A DNA stretch of 51,795 bases from Hyphomicrobiaceae bacterium (lineage in GTDB: Bacteria; Pseudomonadota; Alphaproteobacteria; Rhizobiales; Hyphomicrobiaceae): positions 1 through 51,795 of the forward strand of contig JBFWYV010000001.1 of the NCBI GenBank assembly GCA_050186055.1. The letters run 5' to 3'. Made by a program: the position numbers and the translations under genes. The notes beneath the pieces are model-generated. The model was not told the origin of the DNA, ran no database searches, and saw only the letters and a program-made list of their open reading frames with translations. Positions within the stretch are counted from its first letter, which is position 1; each line of letters begins with the position of its first letter. This document shows positions 1-8,566 of this stretch, piece after piece.

Positions 1-889
1 CCGATCTGTTCTCCACCAGGCGGGGCGGCGTCATCGGGTGCGCGCTCCTGCGCTCCCAGAACGCATAAGCGCCGAACCCTGCGATCCCGAGCAGAACGGC
101 GGCGACCGTAAGCACCGTGCCCGGCTGCGCCGGAGCGCCGGCGGCGGCCTGAGCTTCGCCGGGGCCGATCCGGCTGAGCGCCCAGGCAAGGGCTGCGAGC
201 GCAGAAGCCAGGATCGCGGCGCCGACGATGTCGAACGGGCGTTGCTCGCGGCGATCCTCCGGCGCGAAGGACAGCAGAATCCCCACCGCGATAAGCGCGA
301 TAGGCGGGTTGATCCAGAACACCGACGGCCAGCCGAAGGTCTCGGTCAGCCACCCGCCGAGGACAGGGCCGCCGGCGGTGGTCAGGGCCGATGCCGCCGC
401 CCATACGCCGATCGCCTGGTTTCGCTCGGCGCGCGGATAGGTGGCGCCGATCAGGGCGAGGCTGGCCGGGGTGACGATCGCTGCCGCCGTGCCCTGCACG
501 ACGCGGGCGGCGATCAGCCACGCTGGCGAAGGCGCCAGCGCGCAAGCCGCCGAGGCCAGGCCGAACAGGATGCAGCCGAGCGCGAGCATGCGCGCCTTGC
601 CGTAAACATCCGCGAGCGCGCCGCCGATCAATGTCAGAGAGGCGAGCGCCAGCACATATCCGTTGAGAACCCACTGAACCGAGGCGAGGTCCGCTCCGAA
701 ATCGGCGCGCAGTCTCGGCAATGCGACGGTCAGCGCCGAGCCGTCGATGAACGCCATCGATGACGCGAGCACGCAGGCGGCGAGCACCATGCGGCGGCGC
801 CAGGACGGTGCTTCCCGCCCGAGCTCTCGCGGGGAGGGTTCTGCTTCGATGACCCCGCGGCTGCATGGCTCCACAAACGGCTGCGCCAT
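1..889 (-). CDS. MFS transporter, DHA2 (EmrB/QacA-like) family; C-terminal part lies outside the window
   Basis: Absent from the ORF track because it runs off the left edge. Manual minus-strand translation starts at ATG 889-887, with an in-frame TGA immediately upstream. It gives MAQPFVEPC..WRRRMVLAACVLASSMAFIDGSALTVALPRLRADFGADLASVQWVLNGYVLALASLTLIGGALADVYGKARML..ARVVQGTAAAIVTPASLALIGATYP, typical MFS TM1-TM5 motifs. The listed 38..763 + ORF is its Arg-rich antisense shadow. Confidence 0.8.
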   Translation of the reverse strand, partial: MAQPFVEPCSRGVIEAEPSPRELGREAPSWRRRMVLAACVLASSMAFIDGSALTVALPRLRADFGADLASVQWVLNGYVLALASLTLIGGALADVYGKARMLALGCILFGLASAACALAPSPAWLIAARVVQGTAAAIVTPASLALIGATYPRAERNQAIGVWAAASALTTAGGPVLGGWLTETFGWPSVFWINPPIALIAVGILLSFAPEDRREQRPFDIVGAAILASALAALAWALSRIGPGEAQAAAGAPAQPGTVLTVAAVLLGIAGFGAYAFWERRSAHPMTPPRLVENRS

Positions 890-925
890 TCATCGTCCTC
901 CCCGGCCCGCCGCCTCGAGTGCCGT

Positions 926-1564
926 TTACCAGCGCAGCAGGATACGGCCCGCGAGAGCGCCGGCGGCCGTGACCGCCGCGATGCCCAGGCTGTACCAGAG
1001 CGCCAGGAACGGCAGTCCGCCTTCCGTGCAATGAAACGAGTAGACCCACGCACCGAGCGCGCCCGCCGCCAATCCCACGGCGGCGCCGGCCACGGTCAGC
1101 CTGGTCGGCGCGGCCCGGCGCATGAAGGCGATTCCTGTCACCAAGAACGGCACGGACAGAGCCATGATGAAGAACGGGCATAGCAGCGCGGACGAGCCCA
1201 TCAGCATATTCGGGCGCGCGTCGGCGGGCGCCAGCGCGTAATCGATGATGGATGCGAGGGCTGTTGCCGCGACGAGGATGAGCACCATACGCAACGGCCG
1301 GTTCCCACGATGGCCGGGGCGGCTCAATTGCTCCACCGCCCAGATGCCGGCAAGTGCAAGACCCGCCGTGTAGCCCGACTTGATCCAGAACATCGCGGTG
1401 CCGGTGGCCTCCCGCAGGTCCGGCCGAAAGCCGAGCGACATCGCCATCAGCGGCATCGCAACCGCAAGTCCAAGCAGCACCAGGAGCAGAAGCCGCCGCT
1501 GCAGTGCGCCGGCCGGCACCGGCTTCAGATCATCGGCGAGGCGCGCAATCAGGTCGTCGGTCAT
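926..1564 (-). CDS. nrsF: NrsF/OsrA-family anti-sigma factor (DUF1109), polytopic membrane protein
   Basis: The N-terminus MTDDLIARLADDLKPVP is followed by about 6 hydrophobic segments, the hallmark of DUF1109 anti-sigma factors. Its start overlaps the stop of the upstream ECF sigma gene by 4 nt (1561-1564). Confidence 0.75.
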   Translation of the reverse strand: MTDDLIARLADDLKPVPAGALQRRLLLLVLLGLAVAMPLMAMSLGFRPDLREATGTAMFWIKSGYTAGLALAGIWAVEQLSRPGHRGNRPLRMVLILVAATALASIIDYALAPADARPNMLMGSSALLCPFFIMALSVPFLVTGIAFMRRAAPTRLTVAGAAVGLAAGALGAWVYSFHCTEGGLPFLALWYSLGIAAVTAAGALAGRILLRW

Positions 1565-2118
1565 TGCTTGCCTCCAAACCGAGCCAGCAATGCCTTGAAG
1601 CCGCGATGCACGGCAACCTTCACGGCGGATTCGGACATGCCTGTCGATGCCGCGACCTCGGCCACCGACTGCCCGTCGATCTTCACGCGCCGGATCAAGG
1701 CCCGCGTCCGCTCCGGCAGAGTGTCAAGCATGGTATCGAGGTCGTGGCGATCACCAGCCGACTGTGCCGGGCTGGTTTCGTCCGCAATGAAGTCCGCGAC
1801 GTCATCGATCGGCAGATGCCTGTCCTGGCGAGACCGGCGCAACAGGTCGACCAGCTTGTAGCGCGCAATCGCATATACCCAGGGTGTCAAGGCCTGGTCG
1901 GGGTTGTACGTCATGCGGCGCGCATGGATGGCCAAGAGAGTCTCCTGCACCAGGTCATCCGCCTGGCTTGACAGGTTATCGTAGAGGCGACGCTGGAAGT
2001 ACCGCCGCAAAAGCTCAGTCAAATCGGTCAAGAGGCGCCGGTACGATGCCGCATCGCCGGCGAGCGATGCCAGCATCAGGGCGCGAAGCCTGTCTTCCAG
2101 TTCCAGCAGCTCGCCCAT
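1561..2118 (-). CDS. sigF: ECF (sigma-70 family) RNA polymerase sigma factor, SigF/EcfF-like
   Basis: Region 2 (DDLVQETLLAIHARRMTYNPDQALTPWVYAIARYKLVDLLRR) and region 4 HTH (GQSVAEVAASTGMSESAVKVAVHRGFKAL) are present. The gene is translationally coupled to the DUF1109 gene. The start could instead be the internal Met of MLASLAGD. Confidence 0.8.
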   Translation of the reverse strand: MGELLELEDRLRALMLASLAGDAASYRRLLTDLTELLRRYFQRRLYDNLSSQADDLVQETLLAIHARRMTYNPDQALTPWVYAIARYKLVDLLRRSRQDRHLPIDDVADFIADETSPAQSAGDRHDLDTMLDTLPERTRALIRRVKIDGQSVAEVAASTGMSESAVKVAVHRGFKALLARFGGKQ

Positions 2119-2126
2119 CGGGCTAA

Positions 2127-2151
2127 TTCGCCTTCAGTCGGGAAAGGTTAC
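2127..2151 (-). promoter_or_regulatory. Candidate ECF sigmaF-type promoter (GTAACC-N15-CGAA) reading toward the sigma gene
   Basis: The minus strand reads GTAACC (2151-2146), a 15-nt spacer, then CGAA (2130-2127), 8 nt upstream of the annotated ATG. The spacer is one nt shorter than in the divergent copy. Confidence 0.4.
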
Positions 2152-2206
2152 AGCCTCGGTGGATGATCACGCGGGGCGTCGGTTTCTATCACGCTTGTGT
2201 GAAGGC

Positions 2207-2232
2207 GTAACCGGTAGAGGGGTTCCGGCGAA
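2207..2232 (+). promoter_or_regulatory. Candidate ECF sigmaF-type promoter GTAACC-N16-CGAA upstream of the Met-rich protein operon
   Basis: GTAACC at 2207-2212, a 16-nt spacer (ggtagaggggttccgg), then CGAA at 2229-2232, about 68 nt upstream of ATG 2300. As I recall, this matches the -35/-10 consensus reported for Caulobacter sigmaF. Confidence 0.55.
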
Positions 2233-2299
2233 CTTTCCGAACGTCGCGTGCGCGCCGGCCATAGGGTCCGGGCGGTCACGCCTACTCGGGAGTTACGCC

Positions 2300-2563
2300 A
2301 TGGCCCCTGTCATCCGCAATGCCATTTTCGGTCTCGCCCTTGCTGCTTTCAGCGCAGCCGCCGCCACAGCCTATGCCGAGGACTCCATGAGCAAAGCCAA
2401 ATCCGGCGACGCCATGAAGAGCGACAGCATGTCCAAAGGCGGAGGCACCATGAAGAAGGACGCGATGGGCAAGGGCAAAATGGGATCCGATACCATGAAG
2501 AAGGACAGCATGGGCTCGGATGCCATGGCCAAGAAGACAGGCGACAGCATGAAGAAGAAGTAA
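2300..2563 (+). CDS. Secreted Met/Lys/Asp-rich pentapeptide (MXKDX-type) repeat protein, 87 aa
   Basis: GGGAG RBS at 2288-2292. The signal peptide is MAPVIRNAIFGLALAAFSAAAATAYA. The mature 61 aa carry 10 Met in reiterated (S/T/A)M(K/S/G)(K/S)D units (TMKKDAM, DTMKKDSM, DSMKKK). The 2159 start in the track is an upstream extension. Confidence 0.75.
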   Translation: MAPVIRNAIFGLALAAFSAAAATAYAEDSMSKAKSGDAMKSDSMSKGGGTMKKDAMGKGKMGSDTMKKDSMGSDAMAKKTGDSMKKK

Positions 2564-2645
2564 GGCCAGCCACCGAGGGCTCCGCGCGCCCGCTCCGGGC
2601 CGCGGAGCCTCCTTCCACCACCCAGGACGCCAGGCATCATCGCCA

Positions 2646-3506
2646 ATGCCCGCATTATTCAAAACCACCACGCGGCCATCCAGCGGCTCGCTGATCTACC
2701 GCCAGAATATCTGGACGCGGATGACCCATTGGACATGGGCTGTCTGCCTGTTCTTCCTTCTGTTCTCGGGCCTGCAGATCTTCAACGCGCATCCGTCCCT
2801 CTATATCGGGCACGAAAGCGGCGTCGCGTACGACAATGCCGTCTTCAGCACGTACGCGGTCGATACTCCGGATGGGCCGCAAGGCCGGACACGCATCTTC
2901 GGATGGGAGTTCAATACCACCGGCGTCCTGGGCGTGAGTGGCACGGCAGATCAGCCGCAGTTTCGCGGCTTTCCATCGAGCGTGACCATCCCCTCCTATC
3001 GGGATCTGGGGACGGGCCGCGTTGTTCATTTCTTCTTTGCCTGGCTGTTCGTGACCGCACTGCTCGTCTGGCTTGTTGCCAGCCTGATCACCGGCCACCT
3101 GCGCCGCGACCTCCTGCCGACGGGCAAGGATCTTGCCGCTCTTCCCAAGGACATTGCCGACCACGCGCGCTTCCGCTTCCATCATGGCCGCAGTTACAAC
3201 GTGCTGCAGAAGCTCGCCTATTGCGGCGTGTTCTTCGTCCTGTTTCCGCTCATCATCCTGACCGGCCTCAGCATGAGTCCCGGCGTGAATGCCGCCTGGC
3301 CGTGGCTGCTCGATCTGTTCGGGGGGCGGCAGACCGCGCGCACACTCCACTTCCTCGCCATGCTGCTGCTCGTCCTGTTCTTCGTCGTTCACATTCTGAT
3401 GGTGCTGGCCGCGGGACCGATCAATGAGCTGCGCTCCATGATCACCGGCTGGTACCGCACCGGCGTCAGCTCAGGCACGGCCGTCGCCGAAGGAGACAAG
3501 CCATGA
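2646..3506 (+). CDS. Cytochrome b/b6-domain (b561 / PhsC-like) membrane protein
   Basis: Multi-TM protein with His-bearing helices (TRMTHWTWAVCLFFLLFSGLQIFNAHP, RTLHFLAMLLLVLFFVVHILMV). It overlaps the next gene by 4 nt. Confidence 0.75.
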   Translation: MPALFKTTTRPSSGSLIYRQNIWTRMTHWTWAVCLFFLLFSGLQIFNAHPSLYIGHESGVAYDNAVFSTYAVDTPDGPQGRTRIFGWEFNTTGVLGVSGTADQPQFRGFPSSVTIPSYRDLGTGRVVHFFFAWLFVTALLVWLVASLITGHLRRDLLPTGKDLAALPKDIADHARFRFHHGRSYNVLQKLAYCGVFFVLFPLIILTGLSMSPGVNAAWPWLLDLFGGRQTARTLHFLAMLLLVLFFVVHILMVLAAGPINELRSMITGWYRTGVSSGTAVAEGDKP

Positions 3507-4282
3507 GCCGGACCCTGCTCACCCGCCGTCGCTTGCTCGGGCTTGGCGCGGCCGGTGCATCATCCCTTGTGCTGGGCGGATGCGGCCAGTTCGACTTTCT
3601 CGGAGAGACGGACAGTTCTGCGCGCGCGTTTCTCGAACGGGCCAACGATCTCACCTATCGCGCCCAGCGCCTGTTGATCCGCGAGGGCGCGCTGGCACCG
3701 GAATATTCCGAAAGCGAGATCCGTCAGGGCCAGCGGCCCAACGGCTCGCGCGATCCGGATACGCCCCAGTATTTGGGACTAAAAGCTGATGATTTCGCCG
3801 GCTATCGCCTCGCCGTGACCGGGCTTGTCGAGCAGCCTCGCAGCTATTCGCTCGCGGAGTTGCGCAACATGCCATCGCGGACGCAGATCACCCGCCACGA
3901 CTGCGTCGAGGGCTGGAGCTGCATCGCCAAATGGACCGGCACGCCGTTGTCGCGGATCCTCGACGAGGTGAAGCCGAAACCGGCAGCGCGGTTCCTGGTG
4001 TTTCATTGTTTCGACAGGCTCGACGGCAACACGTCGTACTATGAGAGCTGCGATCTGATCGACGCGCGTCACCCGCAGACGATCCTCGCCTATGGTCTCA
4101 ATGGGCAGGCGCTTCCCGTGGCCAACGGTGCGCCGGTCCGCGTGCGCATCGAGCGGGCTCTGGGCTACAAGCAGGCGAAATACGTGCGCGCCATCGAGGC
4201 GGTCGACAGCTTTTCTCGCTTCGGCCGGGGTAAAGGAGGCTACTGGGAAGATCAGGGATACGACTGGTACGCCGGGATCTAA
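3503..4282 (+). CDS. Molybdopterin-dependent oxidoreductase (sulfite-oxidase fold, YedY/MsrP-like catalytic subunit)
   Basis: Twin-arginine signal plus lipobox (LTRRRLLGLGAAGASSLVLGGC). The Mo-domain core reads TRHDCVEGWSCIAKWTGTPLSRIL ... NGAPVRVRIERALGYKQAKYV. Confidence 0.8.
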   Translation: MSRTLLTRRRLLGLGAAGASSLVLGGCGQFDFLGETDSSARAFLERANDLTYRAQRLLIREGALAPEYSESEIRQGQRPNGSRDPDTPQYLGLKADDFAGYRLAVTGLVEQPRSYSLAELRNMPSRTQITRHDCVEGWSCIAKWTGTPLSRILDEVKPKPAARFLVFHCFDRLDGNTSYYESCDLIDARHPQTILAYGLNGQALPVANGAPVRVRIERALGYKQAKYVRAIEAVDSFSRFGRGKGGYWEDQGYDWYAGI

Positions 4283-4361
4283 CATCTAGTATTGCGAAGG
4301 TGACTTACTGTGATCGACCGCCGACCGGCCTGGATCTGGTCACGAGCTGTAGCGTTGCTAC

Positions 4362-5003
4362 CTATGCGGCGGCGAACCGTTTCAATGTGGCCGTCTCGAA
4401 GTCGATCAGCTTCCTGACGCTCGGGCGTTGCAGCATGCGGGTGTGATGGGCCGTCGCATGCTGGAATTGGCTGAGATCGAGGCCAAGCTGCTGGGCGCGC
4501 CGCATGGTCCAGAAGAGATGCGCGTCCGGTCCGGTATAGTGGCCGAACAAATAGTCGCGGCCCGCCAGCATGTCGTCCGCGATCTTGAAGTTCTCCGTGA
4601 GCGGCCCGGTGGCCAGAGCCTTGACACTTTCTGGGGCGTCCGCGACGTCGCACACCTTCCTGGTGTTGTTCATGCGGGCCAGGTAAGGGTGAATGCCGCC
4701 GGAGCACCACGACATGATCGATATGGCCTGAAGCAGGTCCCACGGGTCAGCCGGCATCAGACCGGCATCCGGAAATTGCCGTGCAATCCAAGCATGGATC
4801 GCGACATTTTCCGACAACGTTCGGCCGTCGACCACGAGCAATGGCACTTTGTGCTTCGGATTGATCTTCAAATATTGCGGGCTCATTTGCTGGCCCGTCC
4901 CCAGGTTGATCGTTTCAACTTCGAAGCTCGCGCCTGCTTCCGTCAGGTTGATGTATGGTACCATCGAGCACGCGATGGGCGCGTAATAGAGAACGATCTG
5001 CAT
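4362..5003 (-). CDS. Glutathione S-transferase
   Basis: Thioredoxin-like N-domain (MQIVLYYAPIACSMVPYINLTEAG..YLKINPKHKVPLLVVDGRTLSENVAI) followed by a helical C-domain. Confidence 0.8.
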   Translation of the reverse strand: MQIVLYYAPIACSMVPYINLTEAGASFEVETINLGTGQQMSPQYLKINPKHKVPLLVVDGRTLSENVAIHAWIARQFPDAGLMPADPWDLLQAISIMSWCSGGIHPYLARMNNTRKVCDVADAPESVKALATGPLTENFKIADDMLAGRDYLFGHYTGPDAHLFWTMRRAQQLGLDLSQFQHATAHHTRMLQRPSVRKLIDFETATLKRFAAA

Positions 5004-5216
5004 CCGGCGGCTCCTGCTGAATAGTCCGAGCCAAACTGTATGCCCGTGGCCGGAAGTATTTCAAGCAAACACCGGAGGACGGCGGCCATCCACATGGCTC
5101 ACCGCGGTCATGGTCTTTCCAGTCGCGCGTCTCCGAATTAGCTTGCGAAGCGGGCATGCTTGTTTCGTGTCCGCTATCGAGCGATGACGAGCGCCCAGGT
5201 TCGCAGGTGAAATCCA

Positions 5217-5888
5217 ATGGCCGCAAGCCGCCGAAGATCGCAGTCGTCGCTGATCGACACGGAGCAGGACATCGTCAAGGGCATGCGGGCCCTCCGGCGC
5301 GCTTGCCCGGTCATGCGCAGCATCCATGCGATTGCTGGCGACCCTCCCCTGCGCCGGCGGCCGGCCGGCTTCGAAGGGCTCGCCCGCATCATCGTCGCCC
5401 AGCAGCTCTCGACCGCCAGCGCCGGAGCGATATGGTCCCGTGTAATTGCTGCCGTCGATCCGCTCACCGCGCCGGGGCTGTTGGCCGCAACCGACGACGC
5501 CCTGCGTGCAGCCGGCCTGTCCCGGCCGAAGATCCGCACCCTGCGCGCCCTGGCCGCCGCTGTCGCGCATGATGGCCTTGACGTCGAAGCCTTGTCGCAA
5601 GCCGGCGACCAGCAGATCCACGAGGCACTGACCGCCGTGTCGGGCATCGGCCCCTGGACCGCCGACATCTTCATCATGTTTTGCCTCGGTCGCGCCGATG
5701 CTTTTGCCGCGGGCGATCTCGCCCTGCAGATCGCTTTGGCTCACGCTGCTGGCCTCGATGCGCGCCCCTCGGCAGCCGAGTTGCTCGCGTACGCAGAGCG
5801 CTGGCGTCCGTGGCGCGGCGTCGCGGCGCGGATGCTGTGGGCCTATTATCCCCATATGAAGCGGGTGAAGGACGGCACACCGGTCTGA
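5217..5888 (+). CDS. DNA-3-methyladenine glycosylase II family (AlkA-like, HhH-GPD)
   Basis: HhH-GPD signature: LTAVSGIGPWTADIFIMFCLGRADAFAAGDLAL. Confidence 0.75.
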   Translation: MAASRRRSQSSLIDTEQDIVKGMRALRRACPVMRSIHAIAGDPPLRRRPAGFEGLARIIVAQQLSTASAGAIWSRVIAAVDPLTAPGLLAATDDALRAAGLSRPKIRTLRALAAAVAHDGLDVEALSQAGDQQIHEALTAVSGIGPWTADIFIMFCLGRADAFAAGDLALQIALAHAAGLDARPSAAELLAYAERWRPWRGVAARMLWAYYPHMKRVKDGTPV

Positions 5889-6583
5889 TGGCCGCATCAT
5901 CGGCGCCGCCGCGGCTCGAAAGGGAACGGACGATGGCAGAGCTGGACGGACCACGTCGTGCACCGGCGCGCGGCTCAGCCGATGGCTTGGTCGTGCTCTT
6001 GCACGGCTACGGCGCCAACGGCGACGATCTCATCACGCTGGCGGACGTCTGGGCCAGCCGGTTGCCGGCTGTTGCGTTCGTCTCGCCGCATGCGCCGGGC
6101 CGGCTTCCCCAGCCCGGCATGAACGCACGCCAGTGGTTCCCGCTGTCCGAATTGAGTCCGGCCGAGTTGGGGCGCGGCGCTGAGACTGCGGCGCCCGGCC
6201 TGGAGAGGTTCCTGGATGCTGAGCTGGCGCGTCACGGCCTGCCGCCGTCGAAGCTCGCTCTCGTAGGGTTCAGCCAGGGCACCATGATGGCCCTGCACGT
6301 CGGTCTCCGTCGCAAGGCAGCGCCCGCCGCCATCGTTGGCTTTTCCGGCGTGCTGGCGGGACCGGAGCGCCTGCAGCGCGAGATCGCATGCCGCCCGCCG
6401 GTCATGCTGATCCATGGCGCTGCCGATGATTTGATCCCGGTCGGTGCGATCGACCTGACGCGCGAAGTCGCCGCCGCCGCCGGCGTCCCTGTCGAATGGC
6501 ATGTCCGCGAAGGCCTCGGCCACGGCATTGACGAGGCCGGCATCGCCATGGCCGGCAAATTTCTGGCCGAGCACCTGCGTTGA
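5888..6583 (+). CDS. Alpha/beta hydrolase, phospholipase/carboxylesterase family
   Basis: ATG 5888 overlaps the preceding TGA (TGATG). It has VVLLHGYGANGDD, the nucleophile elbow GFSQGTMMAL, and LIHGAADDLIP / GLGHGI. The longer 5681 start overlaps the upstream gene. Confidence 0.75.
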   Translation: MAASSAPPRLERERTMAELDGPRRAPARGSADGLVVLLHGYGANGDDLITLADVWASRLPAVAFVSPHAPGRLPQPGMNARQWFPLSELSPAELGRGAETAAPGLERFLDAELARHGLPPSKLALVGFSQGTMMALHVGLRRKAAPAAIVGFSGVLAGPERLQREIACRPPVMLIHGAADDLIPVGAIDLTREVAAAAGVPVEWHVREGLGHGIDEAGIAMAGKFLAEHLR

Positions 6584-7194
6584 CCCAATCCGGCCGCGAC
6601 GTCTGGCAACTGTACCACCGGTTCGCCGGTCGCTTCGACGAAGTGCGCGGTCGCCAGCTCATGGAGCGGGACTGGCTCGACCTCATGCTGTCGGATTTGC
6701 CTACGCAGCCGGGAGTCCTCGATCTCGGCTGCGGCATGGGCGAGCCGATCGCACGATATCTGCTCGATCAGTCATGCCGGGTCACCGGCGTCGACGCGGC
6801 ATCGGCCATGATCGGGATCTGCCGGGCTCGTTTTCCGGCGAGCCGGTGGCTTGTCGGCGACATGCGCGGTCTCGATCTCGGCGAGCGCTTTGACGCCCTT
6901 GTGGCCTGGGACAGCTTCTTTCATCTGGATGCAGACGATCAGCGTGTCATGTTTCCGGTCTTCGCGCGCCATCTGGAGCCCGGCGGCAGGCTCATGTTCA
7001 CGTCCGGTTCGGCTGCCGGCATCGCCATCGGTGATCTGTTCGGTGAGCCGCTCTTTCACGCGAGCCTCGCATCCGCGGAATATCGGGAGCTGCTTGCTGC
7101 CAACGGTTTCGAGGTCGTCCGCCATCGCGTCGAGGACCCCGGTTGCGGCGGTCACACGGTCTGGCTCGCGCGCCGCCTGCCCATCGCCGTTTGA
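6580..7194 (+). CDS. Class I SAM-dependent methyltransferase
   Basis: Motif I is VLDLGCGMGEP. It also has acidic post-I VTGVDAAS and FDALVAWDSFFHL. It overlaps the upstream gene by 4 nt. Confidence 0.8.
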   Translation: MTQSGRDVWQLYHRFAGRFDEVRGRQLMERDWLDLMLSDLPTQPGVLDLGCGMGEPIARYLLDQSCRVTGVDAASAMIGICRARFPASRWLVGDMRGLDLGERFDALVAWDSFFHLDADDQRVMFPVFARHLEPGGRLMFTSGSAAGIAIGDLFGEPLFHASLASAEYRELLAANGFEVVRHRVEDPGCGGHTVWLARRLPIAV

Positions 7195-7213
7195 GCGGCC
7201 CGCCCGGGCCCGA

Positions 7214-7639
7214 TTATTCCGACGTGCCGAACAGCTCGATCACTTCGGCCGGCACCGGCACCGACTTGAGTTTGCCGGTCTCGGGATCGCGCCCGACCAG
7301 CACGCGCTTCTCGAATCCTTCCACCGCCAGTTCGCCTTTGTTGAACAGCTTGTGCTCGATCTCGAAGCTGGTCCGGCCCCATTTCGGAATGCAGGTCTCG
7401 ATGGTGACGATGTCGCCGTAGCTGGACGGCTTGTGAAAGCGGGCTCGCGTATCGATCATCGGCCAGCCGTTGAGGTTGTAGCGCTTGAGCAGTTCCTTCT
7501 TGGGCAGCCCGACGCTCTCGAAATGCTCCATCACGCTGGCGTCGAACCAAATGAAGTAGTTGGGATAGAACACGATATCGGCCGGGTCGCACTCGCCCCA
7601 TTCGACCTTCACCTCGCGCCGCGTGATCAGCATCTGCAT
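7214..7639 (-). CDS. Acyl-CoA thioesterase, hotdog fold (YbgC/4HBT family)
   Basis: N-terminal VEWGECDPADIVFYPNYFIWFD, typical of the 4HBT catalytic Asp region. The size (141 aa) fits. Confidence 0.8.
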   Translation of the reverse strand: MQMLITRREVKVEWGECDPADIVFYPNYFIWFDASVMEHFESVGLPKKELLKRYNLNGWPMIDTRARFHKPSSYGDIVTIETCIPKWGRTSFEIEHKLFNKGELAVEGFEKRVLVGRDPETGKLKSVPVPAEVIELFGTSE

Positions 7640-7903
7640 CTTTCCTCTGGATGTCGCAGGAAGCGGGCAACCTACCTGTCAACGGAACGGCGCGCCAGGG
7701 CCGGCGCCTCGACGGGCTCAGTGTGCGTTGCAGCGAATCAGCCCTTCCAGGGCCTTTGAGCGCGACGCGGTGGAAGTAGACAAGTCACGGAAATAACAAG
7801 GGTTTTGTGTGGACTTCACAGAGCTGACACAGATGGTTAGTATATGTTGCAGCGTTCAGGGTGCGATCCTGATTAATTCGGGCAACCGCCAGGAAGTACG
7901 CAC

Positions 7904-8464
7904 GTGAATGTTCAAGCCGCCCATCCGGAAACATTTCCAGCTCTGGTCTTGAACGCTGACTTTCGGCCGCTGAGCTACTACCCCCTCTCCCTCTGGAGCT
8001 GGCAGGAGACGGTGAAGGCCGTTTTCCTCGATCGGGTCAACATCGTCTCCGAGTACGACAAGAGCGTGCGCAGCCCCACCTTCGAGATGCGGCTGCCGAG
8101 CGTCGTCGCCTTGAAGACATACGTGCGGCCCGCGTTGTACCCCGCTTTCACACGGTTCAACGTATTTCTGCGCGACCGTTTCTGCTGTCAGTACTGCGGC
8201 AGCAAGGCTGACCTGACCTTCGACCATCTCGTACCCCGCTCGCGCGGCGGTCTCACGCGCTGGGACAACGTGGTCACCGCGTGCGCGCCTTGCAATCTGA
8301 GAAAAGGCGGCGAAATGCCGAGCGATGCCGGCATGCGGCCGCATCAGCTTCCGTATCGGCCCACCGTGTTCGAGCTCCATCGCAATGGTCGGCTCTTCCC
8401 GCCGAACTATCTGCATGATAGCTGGCTCGATTATCTCTATTGGGATACCGAGCTGGAGCCCTGA
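7904..8464 (+). CDS. HNH endonuclease
   Basis: CQYCGSKADLTFDHLVPRSRGGLTRWDNVVTACAPCNLRK, the Cys4 plus H-N-H motif. GTG start. Confidence 0.8.
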   Translation: MNVQAAHPETFPALVLNADFRPLSYYPLSLWSWQETVKAVFLDRVNIVSEYDKSVRSPTFEMRLPSVVALKTYVRPALYPAFTRFNVFLRDRFCCQYCGSKADLTFDHLVPRSRGGLTRWDNVVTACAPCNLRKGGEMPSDAGMRPHQLPYRPTVFELHRNGRLFPPNYLHDSWLDYLYWDTELEP

Positions 8465-8502
8465 TCGGCAATCGGCTGTTATCGTTTCGTTTGCGAGTCC
8501 AC

Positions 8503-8529
8503 AAGGCCCGGGGTTTGTCTCCGGGCCTT
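8503..8529 (+). terminator. Stem-loop downstream of the HNH gene
   Basis: aaggcccgg (8503-8511) pairs perfectly with ccgggcctt (8521-8529) around a 9-nt loop. There is no clear U-tract. Confidence 0.4.
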
Positions 8530-8566
8530 ACGTCATCGGGCACGGGCAGGAAAGGACACGTCGGCC

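Noticed and set aside
38-763. 241-aa plus-strand ORF at the left edge
   Set aside because: It is the antisense shadow of the edge-truncated MFS transporter gene, whose minus-strand translation shows canonical MFS motifs.
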